NCBI RefSeq assembly: GCF_000315625.1
Contig: NW_005434572.1
Location: 1-35,093 of the forward strand
Length of the DNA: 35,093 nucleotides
Direction: 5' to 3'
Origin: Guillardia theta CCMP2712
Lineage: Eukaryota; Protista; Cryptophyta
Part shown: piece by piece, positions 10,909 through 22,136 of the stretch
Numbering within the stretch: the stretch's first letter is position 1
Layout: every line of letters begins with the position of its first letter
Program-made: the position numbers and the translations under genes
Notes under the pieces: generated by a model
The model's input: only the letters and a program-made list of their open reading frames with translations
The model's database searches: none
What the model was told of the DNA's origin: nothing

Positions 10909-12678
10909 ATGGAAGAGGAAACATGGGGCATGCTGGTCGCCGCCGGCTTCTTCCGCGCTCGAGTGCTGGGGCTCGACGCCTTCGACAAGATGCTGGGAGG
11001 TCTTGCGTGGTGCCTGCGCGCCTCCAGCGTTGACGTCGAGGTAGAACTGCACTACGATGAAGCCATGACCCTCGGTCAGAAGATCATGCTCGGTGAAAAC
11101 ATCGCCGCCGCCCTGCGATCTATGCGCTGCCCCTTTCCCTTGATGTCACATCAGATTCGAGGGCTTGACTTCTCTGCATTGTTCCCCGTGATCCAGTGGC
11201 TGGTCAAGCAGGTGATCTCGACACGCGAAGAGCTTGCGGAGAAGACCAGGAGGCACGCGAGCCTCAAGTTCTCGCAGGCTCACGCGGACTCGCAGGCAGG
11301 AGAGGAGAGGGAGAGAGACACGTCAGCTCGTGCGCTGCGATCTATCAAGGACAAGTATAAGCCTAAGAGAAAGTATAGACAACGATCAGCCAGGAAGGAG
11401 CAGCCTGAGCACATGCACGTTCAGTGTGTGCTGCTGGAATACGGGCAAGCGCTCCCTCAGGGGAGAGGAAAGCATGCGGAGGACGAGACAGAGGGAGACG
11501 AAGAAGCAGAGCTCAGAGAAAACCTCGACGAAGTGGAAGGAGACCTCGAGTTTCTCTCTGGCAAGCGGGTCGGCGCGCTGGTCGGGATGCAGTCGGAAGC
11601 GATTCAATCCTTGACAGCAGAGTATGAGCAGCACTTCCAGATGTTCGGGGGAGACCCAGAGCGAGCCAAGCAGCAGGGCAAGGAGCAGGCGCACAAGCGG
11701 GCTGTCGCTGCTCTCACCAAGCAGATCAGCGTAGCCAAGACCAAGTGCAACGCGAGGAAGTCAGCGTTCGAGACCCTCGCGCAAGAAGTCAAAGAAACGC
11801 AGGCGACGCTGCAGCAGCAGAAGGCAGCGACGGAGCGTGTGAGCTCCGAGCTGGAGAAGCTCAAGGCTGTTGAGACTCCGGAGAACAAGAAGGACATCGC
11901 GATGCTGGAGGGCCTGGTGAACCAGAACGAGAGCTTGAAGGAGCAGGAGGAGGCGTTCCGTGAGCACTGCAAGGGAAGCAAGCAGGAGCTGCTGTATCGC
12001 CTCAAGGAGTTAGACGAGGGTCGCGGGCTCCCTCAAGACGAGCTGGAGAGGCTGGTGAAGGTCGAGGGCCTCTACCAGAGCGAGACGGAGAAGCTGCACA
12101 AGATCAGCGAGCTGCTCGCCCGCAAGACTCAGCAGGTGCACGTGCTGCGAAGAAAAATCGACGACGTGGCGAGCAGAGCAGAGCTGGTTCAATATGAGCG
12201 AAGGTTTGTGGAGCTGTACGAGCAGATCGCGTCGAACCTGGAGGAGACAAGGAGGTTCTACAACAAGTACAACTCGCTGACTGACTGCTCCAAGTTCCAG
12301 CACAAAGAGATCTCAATCCTCAACAGCATCAGCTCCTCGTTCTCGAGCGTCGCCGCCAGTGAGAGCAGAAAGGCTGACTTCTCGCAGCAGCTGCAAGTGA
12401 TCAAGAATGGCGTACAAGACAATCTCGCGAGGGTGCAGGCCAAACTAGGTTGATGAGATGGGGAGGCGAGGAATGGAGGAAGCGATAGGAAGAAGGGGGA
12501 GGGAAGGAGGGAAGGGAGGGAAGGAGGGGTGGGCGAGGAGCTAACTTGAGGTTCCAGATGAAGCAACAAAGAAGAGAGACGAGGAGGCTGCGAAGTTGGC
12601 GAAAGCGATGGAGCGACAAAGGATCTACTTCAAGGCCGTGAAGCAGTTCCAGGAGGAATGCCAGAAGAACGAGCAGCT
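10909..12678 (+). CDS. CCDC93: Coiled-coil domain-containing protein 93 (CCC/Commander complex subunit); stop codon lost in the gap
   Basis: N-terminal LVAAGFFRARVLGLDAFDKMLGGLAWC...TLGQKI...MRCPFPLMSHQIRGLDF..LFPVIQWLVK; C-terminal DDVASRAELVQYERRFVELYEQI; after intron 12449-12557, QRIYFKAVKQFQEECQKNE. Confidence 0.95.
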
Positions 12679-12990
12679 NNNNNNNNNNNNNNNNNNNNNN
12701 NNNNNNNNNNNNNNNNNNNNNNNNNNNNNNNNNNNNNNNNNNNNNNNNNNNNNNNNNNNNNNNNNNNNNNNNNNNNNNNNNNNNNNNNNNNNNNNNNNNN
12801 NNNNNNNNNNNNNNNNNNNNNNNNNNNNNNNNNNNNNNNNNNNNNNNNNNNNNNNNNNNNNNNNNNNNNNNNNNNNNNNNNNNNNNNNNNNNNNNNNNNN
12901 NNNNNNNNNNNNNNNNNNNNNNNNNNNNNNNNNNNNNNNNNNNNNNNNNNNNNNNNNNNNNNNNNNNNNNNNNNNNNNNNNNNNNNNNNN
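12679..12990. other. Assembly gap (N run)
   Basis: N characters. Confidence 1.
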
Positions 12991-13085
12991 GGAAGGGGAG
13001 GGAGGAAATGGCAGGAGATGAGGACGAGAACGAAGACCAATGGTGGAGATTGGGGAAAAAGAAAAACGAGGAGGAGGAAGAGGAG

Positions 13086-13117
<32 letters not shown>

Positions 13118-13507
13118 GGAGGAGGAGGAGACCTCGTTCTCGTTTCGAGATTCGATTGGGATCTCTTTCACCCCATCTCGTCGAGTCCAGTCGAAGGTGG
13201 AGGAGGGGAGGGCGACAAACCTGAATGACTGTGAGCATGAGAGAAGGTATTCCAATAACCGGAGGAGGAGGGAGAGAGGAGGGAGAGCGAGGGAAGAAGA
13301 AGGAGGGAGGAGGGAGGAGGGAGGGAGAGCGAGGAGGGAGGAGGGAGGAGGGAGGAGAGAGGAGAGAGGAGGGAGGAGAGAGGAGAGAGGAGGGAGGAGA
13401 GAGGAGGGAGGAGGGAGGAGGGAGGAGGGAGGAGGGAGGAGGGAGGAGGGAGGAGGGAGGAGGGAGGACTAGTTAAGTTGAGTGGAGGGGTAGACTGACT
13501 TGGAGGT

Positions 13508-16388
13508 CGGGTTCTGCAGTGACATGGTGATGTAGGAGCTTCCTGGCGTCAGGTGGGTCATGAGGGTCACGGGAGGTGGGGGAGGCACCTGAGAAGAAAG
13601 GAACGGGCGAGTCTGAGTGCCCCGACTGGATCACCGCGACCACATCCTTGGAGGCTTCGCGTCCTCGTCACTTCCCTCCCTCAAGGCGTCGCTACTCACC
13701 CGCGTAGGGCAGCCAGTTGTCGAAGAGCAGCACGTCCTCCCTCCACTCCTCCTGCAACCAGTCAAGCTCAGCCCCTCCTTATCCCGACACCCTCTCACCT
13801 CCAGCGAGAACACGAACACGGGCAGGATTCTCGTCCCTAGCGCCCACCTCCTGGACTTCTGCAGAGGCGTGAGAGAGACGCCTGGCACTCGCGCTCGTGA
13901 CCTGCTGCTTGTGCATCTCCTCCTCGCTCTCGAAGTCGGGGAAGAAGCGCTAGTACAAGACACAAAGTCAAGCATGAGGGGTGATACAAGTAAAGCAGTT
14001 GCACCTGAGAAAGTACGGGAGACGCAGCGATCAAGCCGGACGCGAGGTAATCACTGAGCCAGAATGGAAAGTCAACATGCAAAGGTTTTGGGCTGAGTAG
14101 GGGGAGGGAAGGAGGGAGGAAGAGGAGGCGAGAACAGCAAGAGATGTGTTGGAGGAGGGGCAGGTCACCTGCTCTCAGCCAGAGCGCGAAACAACAAGGT
14201 TGAGTCGATGTAGTTCTTCTGGCGTACCAGGTAACGCCCATGCTGTGATCGCACGTGTCATGCGAGCAACGAACAACAAATGAGGGGAAATGAAGTCAAA
14301 ATTGAAGATAAAATAGTCATCACTATCAGCGTTAGAGGTATATCATCACCTTGCTTTCGTGAACAGTGTCCGTTCGCATCGCATGATTCAGCGCCATCGC
14401 AATCCTCTCATGCTCCAACAGACTCTAGTGGGAAATCGGGTCAGCAGCTACCTGTCATTTGAGCAACAACTCGAATCTTCTCCTTGCCATCTCAGCCTTC
14501 TCCCTCTCCTCCCCTCTCCTCCCTTCCTCTCCCCTCCCCTCCCCTCCCCTCCCCTCCCCTCCCCTCCCCTCCCCTCTCCTCTCCTCTCCTCTCCTCTCCT
14601 CCCCTCCCCTCCCCTCCCCTCTCCTCTCCTCCCCTCTCCTCCCTTCCTCAGTGGAACTTCCTTGAAACGTGCCTTCTGCTTCAGGTCCAAATGACCCTGC
14701 GGAGGAGTGTGGAGGAGAAGGGAAATCGCCGCTGGCTGAGCGTGTACAGGAAGGGATACAGGTAGACCACTGGCACCATCTCCTCCTCCTGACTTTCATG
14801 ATTGCAGCAGCAAAGAGGTTGACAATCTAGGCAGAACAGTGTGGTCTGTTCAACCCTCCCTGCTCCTTGCTCCCCTCCCTGCCACCCTCTCTTCTACCTC
14901 ATTTTTCGATCCTCCCTTCCCCCTCCCCCCTCCTGTTTCTTCTCTTTCTTTTGTGACGCTCATGGTTTTCTTCCTCCCTGACGAGTGTCGCTCAGGTATC
15001 GAGGTCCGAGAGGAGCTCTGGCGGGTCCCAAGGTAATTGAAGGAGGATCAGGAGGGGGAGGAAGGGAGGGGAGGGGCGAAGAGGAAGAGGAAGAGCCGGA
15101 GGAGCAAGAGCGGGAGTGGGGTTGGGATGAGGAGGAAGAGGAGCAGAAGGAGGGGAGAGGAAAAGGGGGGGAGGAGAGTTTACCTCGAAGTAGATCATCA
15201 GTGAGCCCTGCGAGTCGCTCGTTTTTCATCGCCTGCCGCTCTCAGTCTNNNNNNNNNNNNNNNNNNNNNNNNNNNNNNNNNNNNNNNNNNNNNNNNNNNN
15301 NNNNNNNNNNNNNNNNNNNNNNNNNNNNNNNNNNNNNNNNNNNNNNNNATGTGAGACCAACAGCGCGTATAGTCGAGAACCGACCTGAACATCGGGAGCG
15401 AACACATACTGTATGGATGACGTAACGACTTGAGCAAGCTCAGCTTGGAAACGAAGACTTCTCCTCTGCAGCTGCGATCCGATCATTCCTTTCTTCTCCT
15501 CCTCTGTTTCTTTCCATTTGACGTCGTATCGTCTTGGCAGGCTATTCACTGTCACTGTGCCTTCACCGCTATGTGAACTTCCAAACAAGCAGGGACCGGA
15601 CGCGAGGTCAAGGACAACGAACCTCGACCGCGTCAAGAAGGCGTCGCTACCACTCGCCGAGTCGTGAGACATCTTGTAGCGGTAGATGTAAGAGGATCCA
15701 AGCGAGTGCGCCGACGCCTGTCTGCTATGAGCCACGTCGTCCGGCGCGATCGCTTGCTTGTCCATGTTGAGGATGAGAATGGAGTAAACCCCCTTGCCGT
15801 GCAGATGCAGCGAGTCGTCGTACTTGGCAGACTTGGAGTTGGCCTCGTAGATTCTCTCCAGCTCACTCTGCACATCTCCCTCAACGATCACGTCATACAC
15901 TGGAACAGCTTTGCTCTCCGCCTCCTCCTCGCCATCCACCTCCTTTTTGCCCCAGCTGGCGTCGGATGGGTTTCGAACCTCTCAGTTCGCCTCATGGAGG
16001 ATTTGATCACGCGAGCAAGGGAGGAGCTATCGGCATGGCTTGCATGGATGACATCGTAGAAGATCTCGAACGCGACGTGAAGCTTCTCGCCTGTCTCAGC
16101 ACACCGGGGCTGGTGCTCAGGCATCGTCTGAAACAGCAGCCGCTCGAACTCGTCCTTGTCGAGCCGGAAGGGAGGAGGCTCAGCTCCTGGCCCGAGGTCG
16201 ACGAGGATCACCTTGAGGATGAGGGGGATGTTCACTGGGCTCTCGTCCTTGTCGAAGGCGAACTTCGGTATGTGACGGGGCGCGCGCGTGGGGTCGACAG
16301 GCAAGGCGAGGAAGAGGAAGACGGCAGCTGCCAAGGGCATGTTCATGGACCACCTTGCGCTGCTCTTGATCTCTTGTCTCGTCGCCAT
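13508..16388 (-). CDS. KNS3/At4g16180-like ER protein family homolog; multi-exon, interrupted by a gap, 3' part missing, one apparent homopolymer frameshift
   Basis: Signal peptide (MPLAAAVFLFLALP), then collinear blocks matching plant At4g16180 as I recall it: SRFVVLDLASGPCLFGSSHSGEGTVTVNSLPR, QYVFAPDV, LLEHERIAMALNHAMR, GRYLVRQKNYIDSTLL, DYLASGLI, GTRILPVFVFSL, SKDVVAVIQ. Confidence 0.75.
14501..14648. repeat. (CCCCT/CTCCT)n pentamer pyrimidine tract, intronic
   Basis: Direct reading. Confidence 0.9.
15249..15348. other. Assembly gap (100 N, size probably unknown)
   Basis: N characters. Confidence 1.
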
Positions 16389-16943
16389 CGCTCCCTCCTT
16401 CACCTCGTCCTCTTCGCCTCTCCTCCTCCGCCCCTCCTCCGCCCCTCCTCGGATCCCGCCACGCATTGCTGTCGCTGGATCGCTGGGTGGGGGTGATGAG
16501 ACATGTAGGGTGGGGTACCCAAAAGAATATGTATGACTTTAATACTGGGGGGTGGGTCCTACAGAGGGGTGGAGGAGGTAGGAGAGGGTAGGGGTAGAGA
16601 GACGGCATGGGGTAGGAATGATGCAAGGAGAGCAAACTGCATGAAAATGGGGAACAAGAAATGGAAGAGAAGCGGCGGGGGGGGGAAGAGATGTAGAAGA
16701 GAGAGAAGAAGAAGAAGGCTAGTTGAGGAGAAGGTGGGGGAGAGGGGAGAGGCGATACGGTAAGGTTGGACAGCAGAAGCATTGGGAGCGAAAAGACCAT
16801 GGCAACTTACATGGACTGACGTTGCTGGAGCTAGGAGTGACATGAAGACACGCAAGCCCAAAGATAAGCAACATCTCCTCGTCGCCTTCTCTTGTGGTCC
16901 GAAGTCTGTGGGTTTCTGAGATCGAGCAGGCGGCATCCGAACC
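16389..16943. promoter_or_regulatory. Putative bidirectional promoter with GGGGT[A/G] motifs and a GGGTACCC palindrome
   Basis: Between divergent ATGs (16388 minus, 16944 plus); motif cluster at 16485-16616. Confidence 0.5.
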
Positions 16944-19900
16944 ATGGCCACGAATATTCACCTCGCAACATGCTCTACCGAGAAAGCGCTCCTGCATTAC
17001 GCGGAGGAAGGCGATGTGGAGGGGTTGAAGGCGCTTGTAGAAGCGAACAAGGAGAGTGGCCGACTAGATCTCAATGCGGCGGACAAGAGCGGCAGAAGTG
17101 AGAAGTTGAAGTTTCTCTTCCTGCTTTGACTTTTCCTTTTCCTTCAGCCATTCTTCACATTGCAGTGGAGAAAGGAAACATCGACATGCTCGCCGCCATC
17201 GTCAAGTTTGATAGAATCACCCTCCACGCTGTTGACCGCAAGGGCAGGAGTGCCCTCCATCTCTCCGCCCTCCATGCGCACGAGAGCGACGCTCATTTGC
17301 AGTGCCTATTCCTGCTCCTCGACTTGGGAGGGACGGTCATGGCCAGCCTGAAAGACCAGGAAGGATGGTCAGCTCTTCATGCCGCCGCGTCAGTAGGAGC
17401 GAGCAACACTTGCCGGCTCCTGCTGCAGGCCGGGGCTCCTTGCAGCCCATGCGATCATGACGGCATCAACCCGCTGATCGTTGCAGCGAGGAGAGACCAC
17501 CTTCAAGTCGTCGAGCTCCTCCTCGCGCATCGATCGTCGCTCGCACATGTCGACTTCGATGGCTGGAACGCCCTCACGCATGCGGCTGCCTGCGGGAGAG
17601 ACCGAGTGGTCTCCCTCCTCCTCGAGAACCTCGCAGACCCTTCTTGTCAGGACTTGCACAACGGAACTCCGCTGCAGCATGCTGTGAAGAACAGGCATCT
17701 GACCACAGCAGCGCTTCTCATCCAGGGTTTGTGTGCTGTCGATCTCTCTGACTGCGGGCTGCATGACGAGGCCTGGCTCTTCACCCTCTGCTCCTCCTGC
17801 TGTGCTGCTTCCTCTCTCTCCCTCTCTCGCAACGCCATCGACACCCTCAAGGCTTCGAGTGTTTTGACGGCGGTAGAGCGCAGCTTGCCAGCGCTCATGG
17901 TGCTGGACTTGTCGTGTAATTCCATCACGGACGGGCTGACGTTTCCGAGCCTGACCAACTTGAGGAGGCTCGACTTGTCGGACAACGGTCTCTCTGCTCT
18001 GCCGGTGGGAGTCGAGGCGATGCTCTCCCTCGTCAGTCTCGCCGTTTCAAAGAACAAGCTGCAGCAGGTGGCGCCAGAGCTTGCGAGGCTAGTGGGGCTG
18101 CAGCGGTTGGACTTGTCAGGAAACTGCCTGTCCTCTCTTCCTTGTTCCTTGTCAAGCCTGACTGCACTTGTCACGCTTGACCTCTCTCACAACGAGTTTG
18201 ACGAGCTGCCGGCCAGCCTGCTAGGCCTCTGCTCGCTGCAGGTCTTTGACTGCAGCTTCAACCGCCTCCAGCGCCTCCCCCACCTGCCAACGTCGCTCGT
18301 ATCACTCAACCTGGACAACAACAAGCTGGAGGAGCTGGACCCGCAGCTGGGGAAGGCAGGGCACCTTGAGACCCTTTCTGTGCGCAACAATCAGCTCGCG
18401 ACTATTCCTCCCACCCTCATCGCCACGAGCATCCGCAAGTCTCGCGATCTGCGGCTGGACGGCAACCCGCTGAGTGCGATCCCTGAGAACGTGCGAGGCG
18501 ATGCCGACGCGACCCTCGGGTTCCTGGAAGATGTCTGCGAGGGGCTGGAGCAAGTGCTCTTCATCCGAGTGATGGTGATGGGGGAGGCCGCCGCCGGCAA
18601 GACAAGCTTGGTCAGGTGTCTGCACGACCCCGACATGTCGCTCAAGGCTCTCCTGCGTCAGCCTCGCCTCCCCGACACCGGCGGCTCGACCTTAGGGGTG
18701 GAGGCGACACGAGCAGAGACCCGATGCCACGCGCTGGGCACCAACGTGTCGCTGCAGTTTTGGGACCTGGCAGGTCAGGCCTGCTACCTGGTGGGACACT
18801 CGCTCCTGATGTCCGACCGCCTCCTGCCCGTCTACGTGACGGACAGCACGAGCGACGAGGCAGCTGCGATGCAGAGCGCGTGCAGGTGGCTGGACACGCT
18901 CATGCTGGCGCTGCCCGGCGCATCCTTGCGTGGAGGTGAGCAGGAAAGCAGCAGGAGCTGTCAGCCTGCGCTCTCCGTCGTCCTCATAGGGACGCGAGTG
19001 GAAGCAGGAGGATGCGACAAGATCACAGCGTGCCAGAAGCTGAACAGCCTGGCGGACATGCTGGTGGCTCGCACGAAGAGCTTGCATGGACGAGTCTTGA
19101 GCGTAAAGGCGGTCATGGGCGTGTCAAACTCGACGCGAGAGGTCGTTGACGCAGATGGGAGGCGTTGCGATGACGCGCTTGAGCAGTGTGTGGATGCTCG
19201 GAACCCCAACGCTGAGTTCTCTTTCAAGCTCGTGCTAAAGAAGATCGCTGAAGTCTCCATCGGCATCCTCTACACGGACCCTCAGTACCCACGAGCTCTT
19301 GTGCCCATCGCCTACAGGTGGCCGCGATGTTTCTTGTTCCCTCCTCCTCTCTCACTCCTCGTCTTCTTTCGACGCTTCTCTGCTGACTGCCTTGTCTGTC
19401 TCCCTCCTCTCCGCAGTCGCTTGAGAAGCGCTCTGAAGGACAAGGCGTCCACCCCGGTCTTGCATCTCTCTCAGGTTTTTCTCCTCGCGCAGAAGCACGC
19501 GGGCATCACGGATGAGCCCAAACTCTTCCGTGCTCTGGCGATGCTTCAGTGCTGGGGAGTCCTCGTCCACCTGCAAGACTCGTCCCTGCTCAAGAGCACA
19601 GTGCTGCAGGTGAGAGCGGAGGAGTAGGAGGAGGAGGAGGAGGAGGAGGAGGAGGCAGTGACGGACGGCAGGCGCACTGGTGCTCGCAGCTGGTATACAC
19701 GCTCTTCATGTGTGCTCACCTTGCGAGCATGAAGCAGAGCCCGGGAGGAGGAGGAGAGTCGGAGAGGACGTGAGCGCTACTCGTCTCTTGCTGCAGCCGA
19801 GCCTAGAGAAGGTGATACAATAGATGGCAGGCTGGCGGACAAGGTGGACCTGGAGGCCCTGCGTTTGGCAGACCCCGCGGGCTCCCTCATACTGCGAGGA

Positions 19901-21616
19901 ATCCTGACACGACAAGCAGCCCAGGCGAGACGACGGAAGGGGAAGGAAAGGAGGGAAGAAGGGAGGGCAAGAAGGAGGGGAGGGAGGATGAAAGCAAGGG
20001 GGGGAAGAAGATGGGGTTGGTGAGAGCTTGGCAGGCCATGTTCGCGAAGCTTGCGAGAAGTGCTGGCTTGAATGAGATCGACTTGTGTCTACACCTCCTC
20101 GAGCATGTCGGGATCTTGTGTCCGGTAAGAGCAGGAGGAAGCACTGGTAGGTGTCGCTGAATGGGTTCAGGTTCGGAACCAAACTTACCTCGTCCCCTCT
20201 CTCTTCCAGAACTCCATGCCGCCAAGAATCCGTTCGAGTGAGGCTGCTGAGACTGAGAGCAGCTTCTTCTCTGACTTGCCTCTAGTCACCTGCAGCTCTT
20301 GGAAGCACCTTTGGAGTACTCATCGCGAGTACAGGTTCAACATCCTGCCGTACAAGGTACCGCACCTCTCCCCTCCCTTACCATTTCAATCCTCTCTGTA
20401 CTGCTCTTTCCGCCGCCTACATGCAGGAGAAGAGCCAGTACCTGCCTGTGCTATCCGCCTTCTCTCCTCTCCTCTTGTCCCTCTTCTCTTCTCGACGTTC
20501 TCTAGCTCATATCGAGCATCGTTTGGCGTGCGAAGCTGGCAGGAGCCTTGACGGTGCTGCTTTGTTCATCGGTGGATCTGCGAGCGGGTGAGAGCGAGGG
20601 CTTGCTTCCCCTCTGACGGCAGGCAGGAGCTGTCTCCGTCATCACCTGGGCCGAGGGACTCTTCCTGCAGAAGCAGGACGGCACCTCCGTCCTCGTGGAC
20701 ACTAAGCCTTCTCACTGCACCATCTGCGTGTACACAACTGAGAGGCGGCGAGGAGGAGGAAAGGGGCATGACTCTGAGTGCTGGGTGGAACGAGTGCAGG
20801 AAGCGATCGGCAAGTTGTCTTGTCGGTTCGCAGGAGTGTCGGTGGAGATCTGGATCAGCTGCCCAGAAGTTGGATGCCGGTGAGCTCAGCTTGCGTCTGA
20901 GAGCTAACCAGCTGACGGGGCGGCAGAGAGTTCCTCCCCTTCGAGAGGCTGTCGGGAGGGCGAGGAGGTCAATGGGAAGCGATGAGCCAAGTCTGGAAGC
21001 AGGAGAGGGAGGAGGAGGAGGAGGCCAACGCCATCTGCGGTCATGTGCCAACAGCGCACGCGTTCCCTCTCAGCACTTGGATACGCGGCAGAGAAGAAGC
21101 GCAGGGGAAGGAGGAGGAGGAGAGTTGCGAGGAGATCGACTCGGAGCTCATCCGTCGGAACTCGAGCAGGAGAACAGAAGAAAGGTTCGGAGGAGACGAG
21201 CTCCCCCTCAGCTTCTGCACTGCGTTGACCAGCTCAGCCTCCTTGAAGGCTGACAGCCAAGTCGCAAGAGGAGCAGGTGGACCGCACGACTTTTACTCGG
21301 GGGCTCAGCTGCTCGCTGTTGCTCCCATCCATCACGACGGGATTGAATTCGGCAAGGAAGTGTCGGCATGCGCAGGTGAATGAAGTTCTTCTCTTCTCCT
21401 GCTCCTCTTCTCCTGCTCCTCTTCTCCTGCTCCTCTTCTCCTTTACCTCGCTCTCCTGCTCCTCTTCTCCTGCTCCTCTTCTCCTGCTCCTCTTCTCCTG
21501 CTCCTCTTCTCCTGCTCCTCCCCCTCACTTCCTCGGCTTCTGTTCCAAGACGTTGAACCGACTCACTGCTAGAGGAATTCGCGCTATACATGAGAGACCC
21601 GATGAATCCCAACCAG
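16944..21616 (+). CDS. Roco-family protein: ankyrin repeats - LRRs - Roc GTPase - COR; C-terminus probably runs into the gap
   Basis: Ankyrin repeats (DRKGRSALHLSA, DQEGWSALHAAA, DFDGWNALTHAA); LxxLxLxxNxL repeats; P-loop GEAAAGKTSL; switch I STLGVE; WDLAGQ; LIGTRVE; COR LAMLQCWGVLVHL...HWCSQLV and later WAEGLFL. A further plus-strand exon (EFALYMRDPMNPNQ) ends at 21616. Confidence 0.9.
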
Positions 21617-21727
21617 GTCAGCTCCATCCCCCCTCCTCCTTCCCATCCCCCCCTCCTCCTTCCATCCCCCCCTCCTCCTTCCATCCCCCCCTCCTCCTTC
21701 CATCCCCCCCTCCTTCAGCCATCCCCC

Positions 21728-21827
21728 NNNNNNNNNNNNNNNNNNNNNNNNNNNNNNNNNNNNNNNNNNNNNNNNNNNNNNNNNNNNNNNNNNNNNNNNN
21801 NNNNNNNNNNNNNNNNNNNNNNNNNNN
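21728..21827. other. Assembly gap (100 N)
   Basis: N characters. Confidence 1.
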
Positions 21828-22068
21828 GCTTCACCGACTCCGGGGTGAACGTCACCCCCACCCGCATCCTCTGCCCCGCAGGTAAGCAGCCGTTCCGGAG
21901 AATTCCATCCCCGTCTCCCCTCATCCTGATCCACCTAGGAGGAGAAACTTGAGAGGATGAAACAGGGCATGCAGGACATGCGGGACTGGCAAGAGGAGGA
22001 GGAGGAGCAGAAGGAAAGGACGAGGACGAGGACGGAGACGGGACGGGGACGACGAGGACGAGGACGAG

Positions 22069-22136
<68 letters not shown>

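Noticed and set aside
7052-21616. Functional gene cluster of trafficking/ER genes (thioredoxin, CCDC93, KNS3-like, Roco)
   Set aside because: Mixed orientations and no shared pathway evidence; adjacency is expected in a gene-dense genome.
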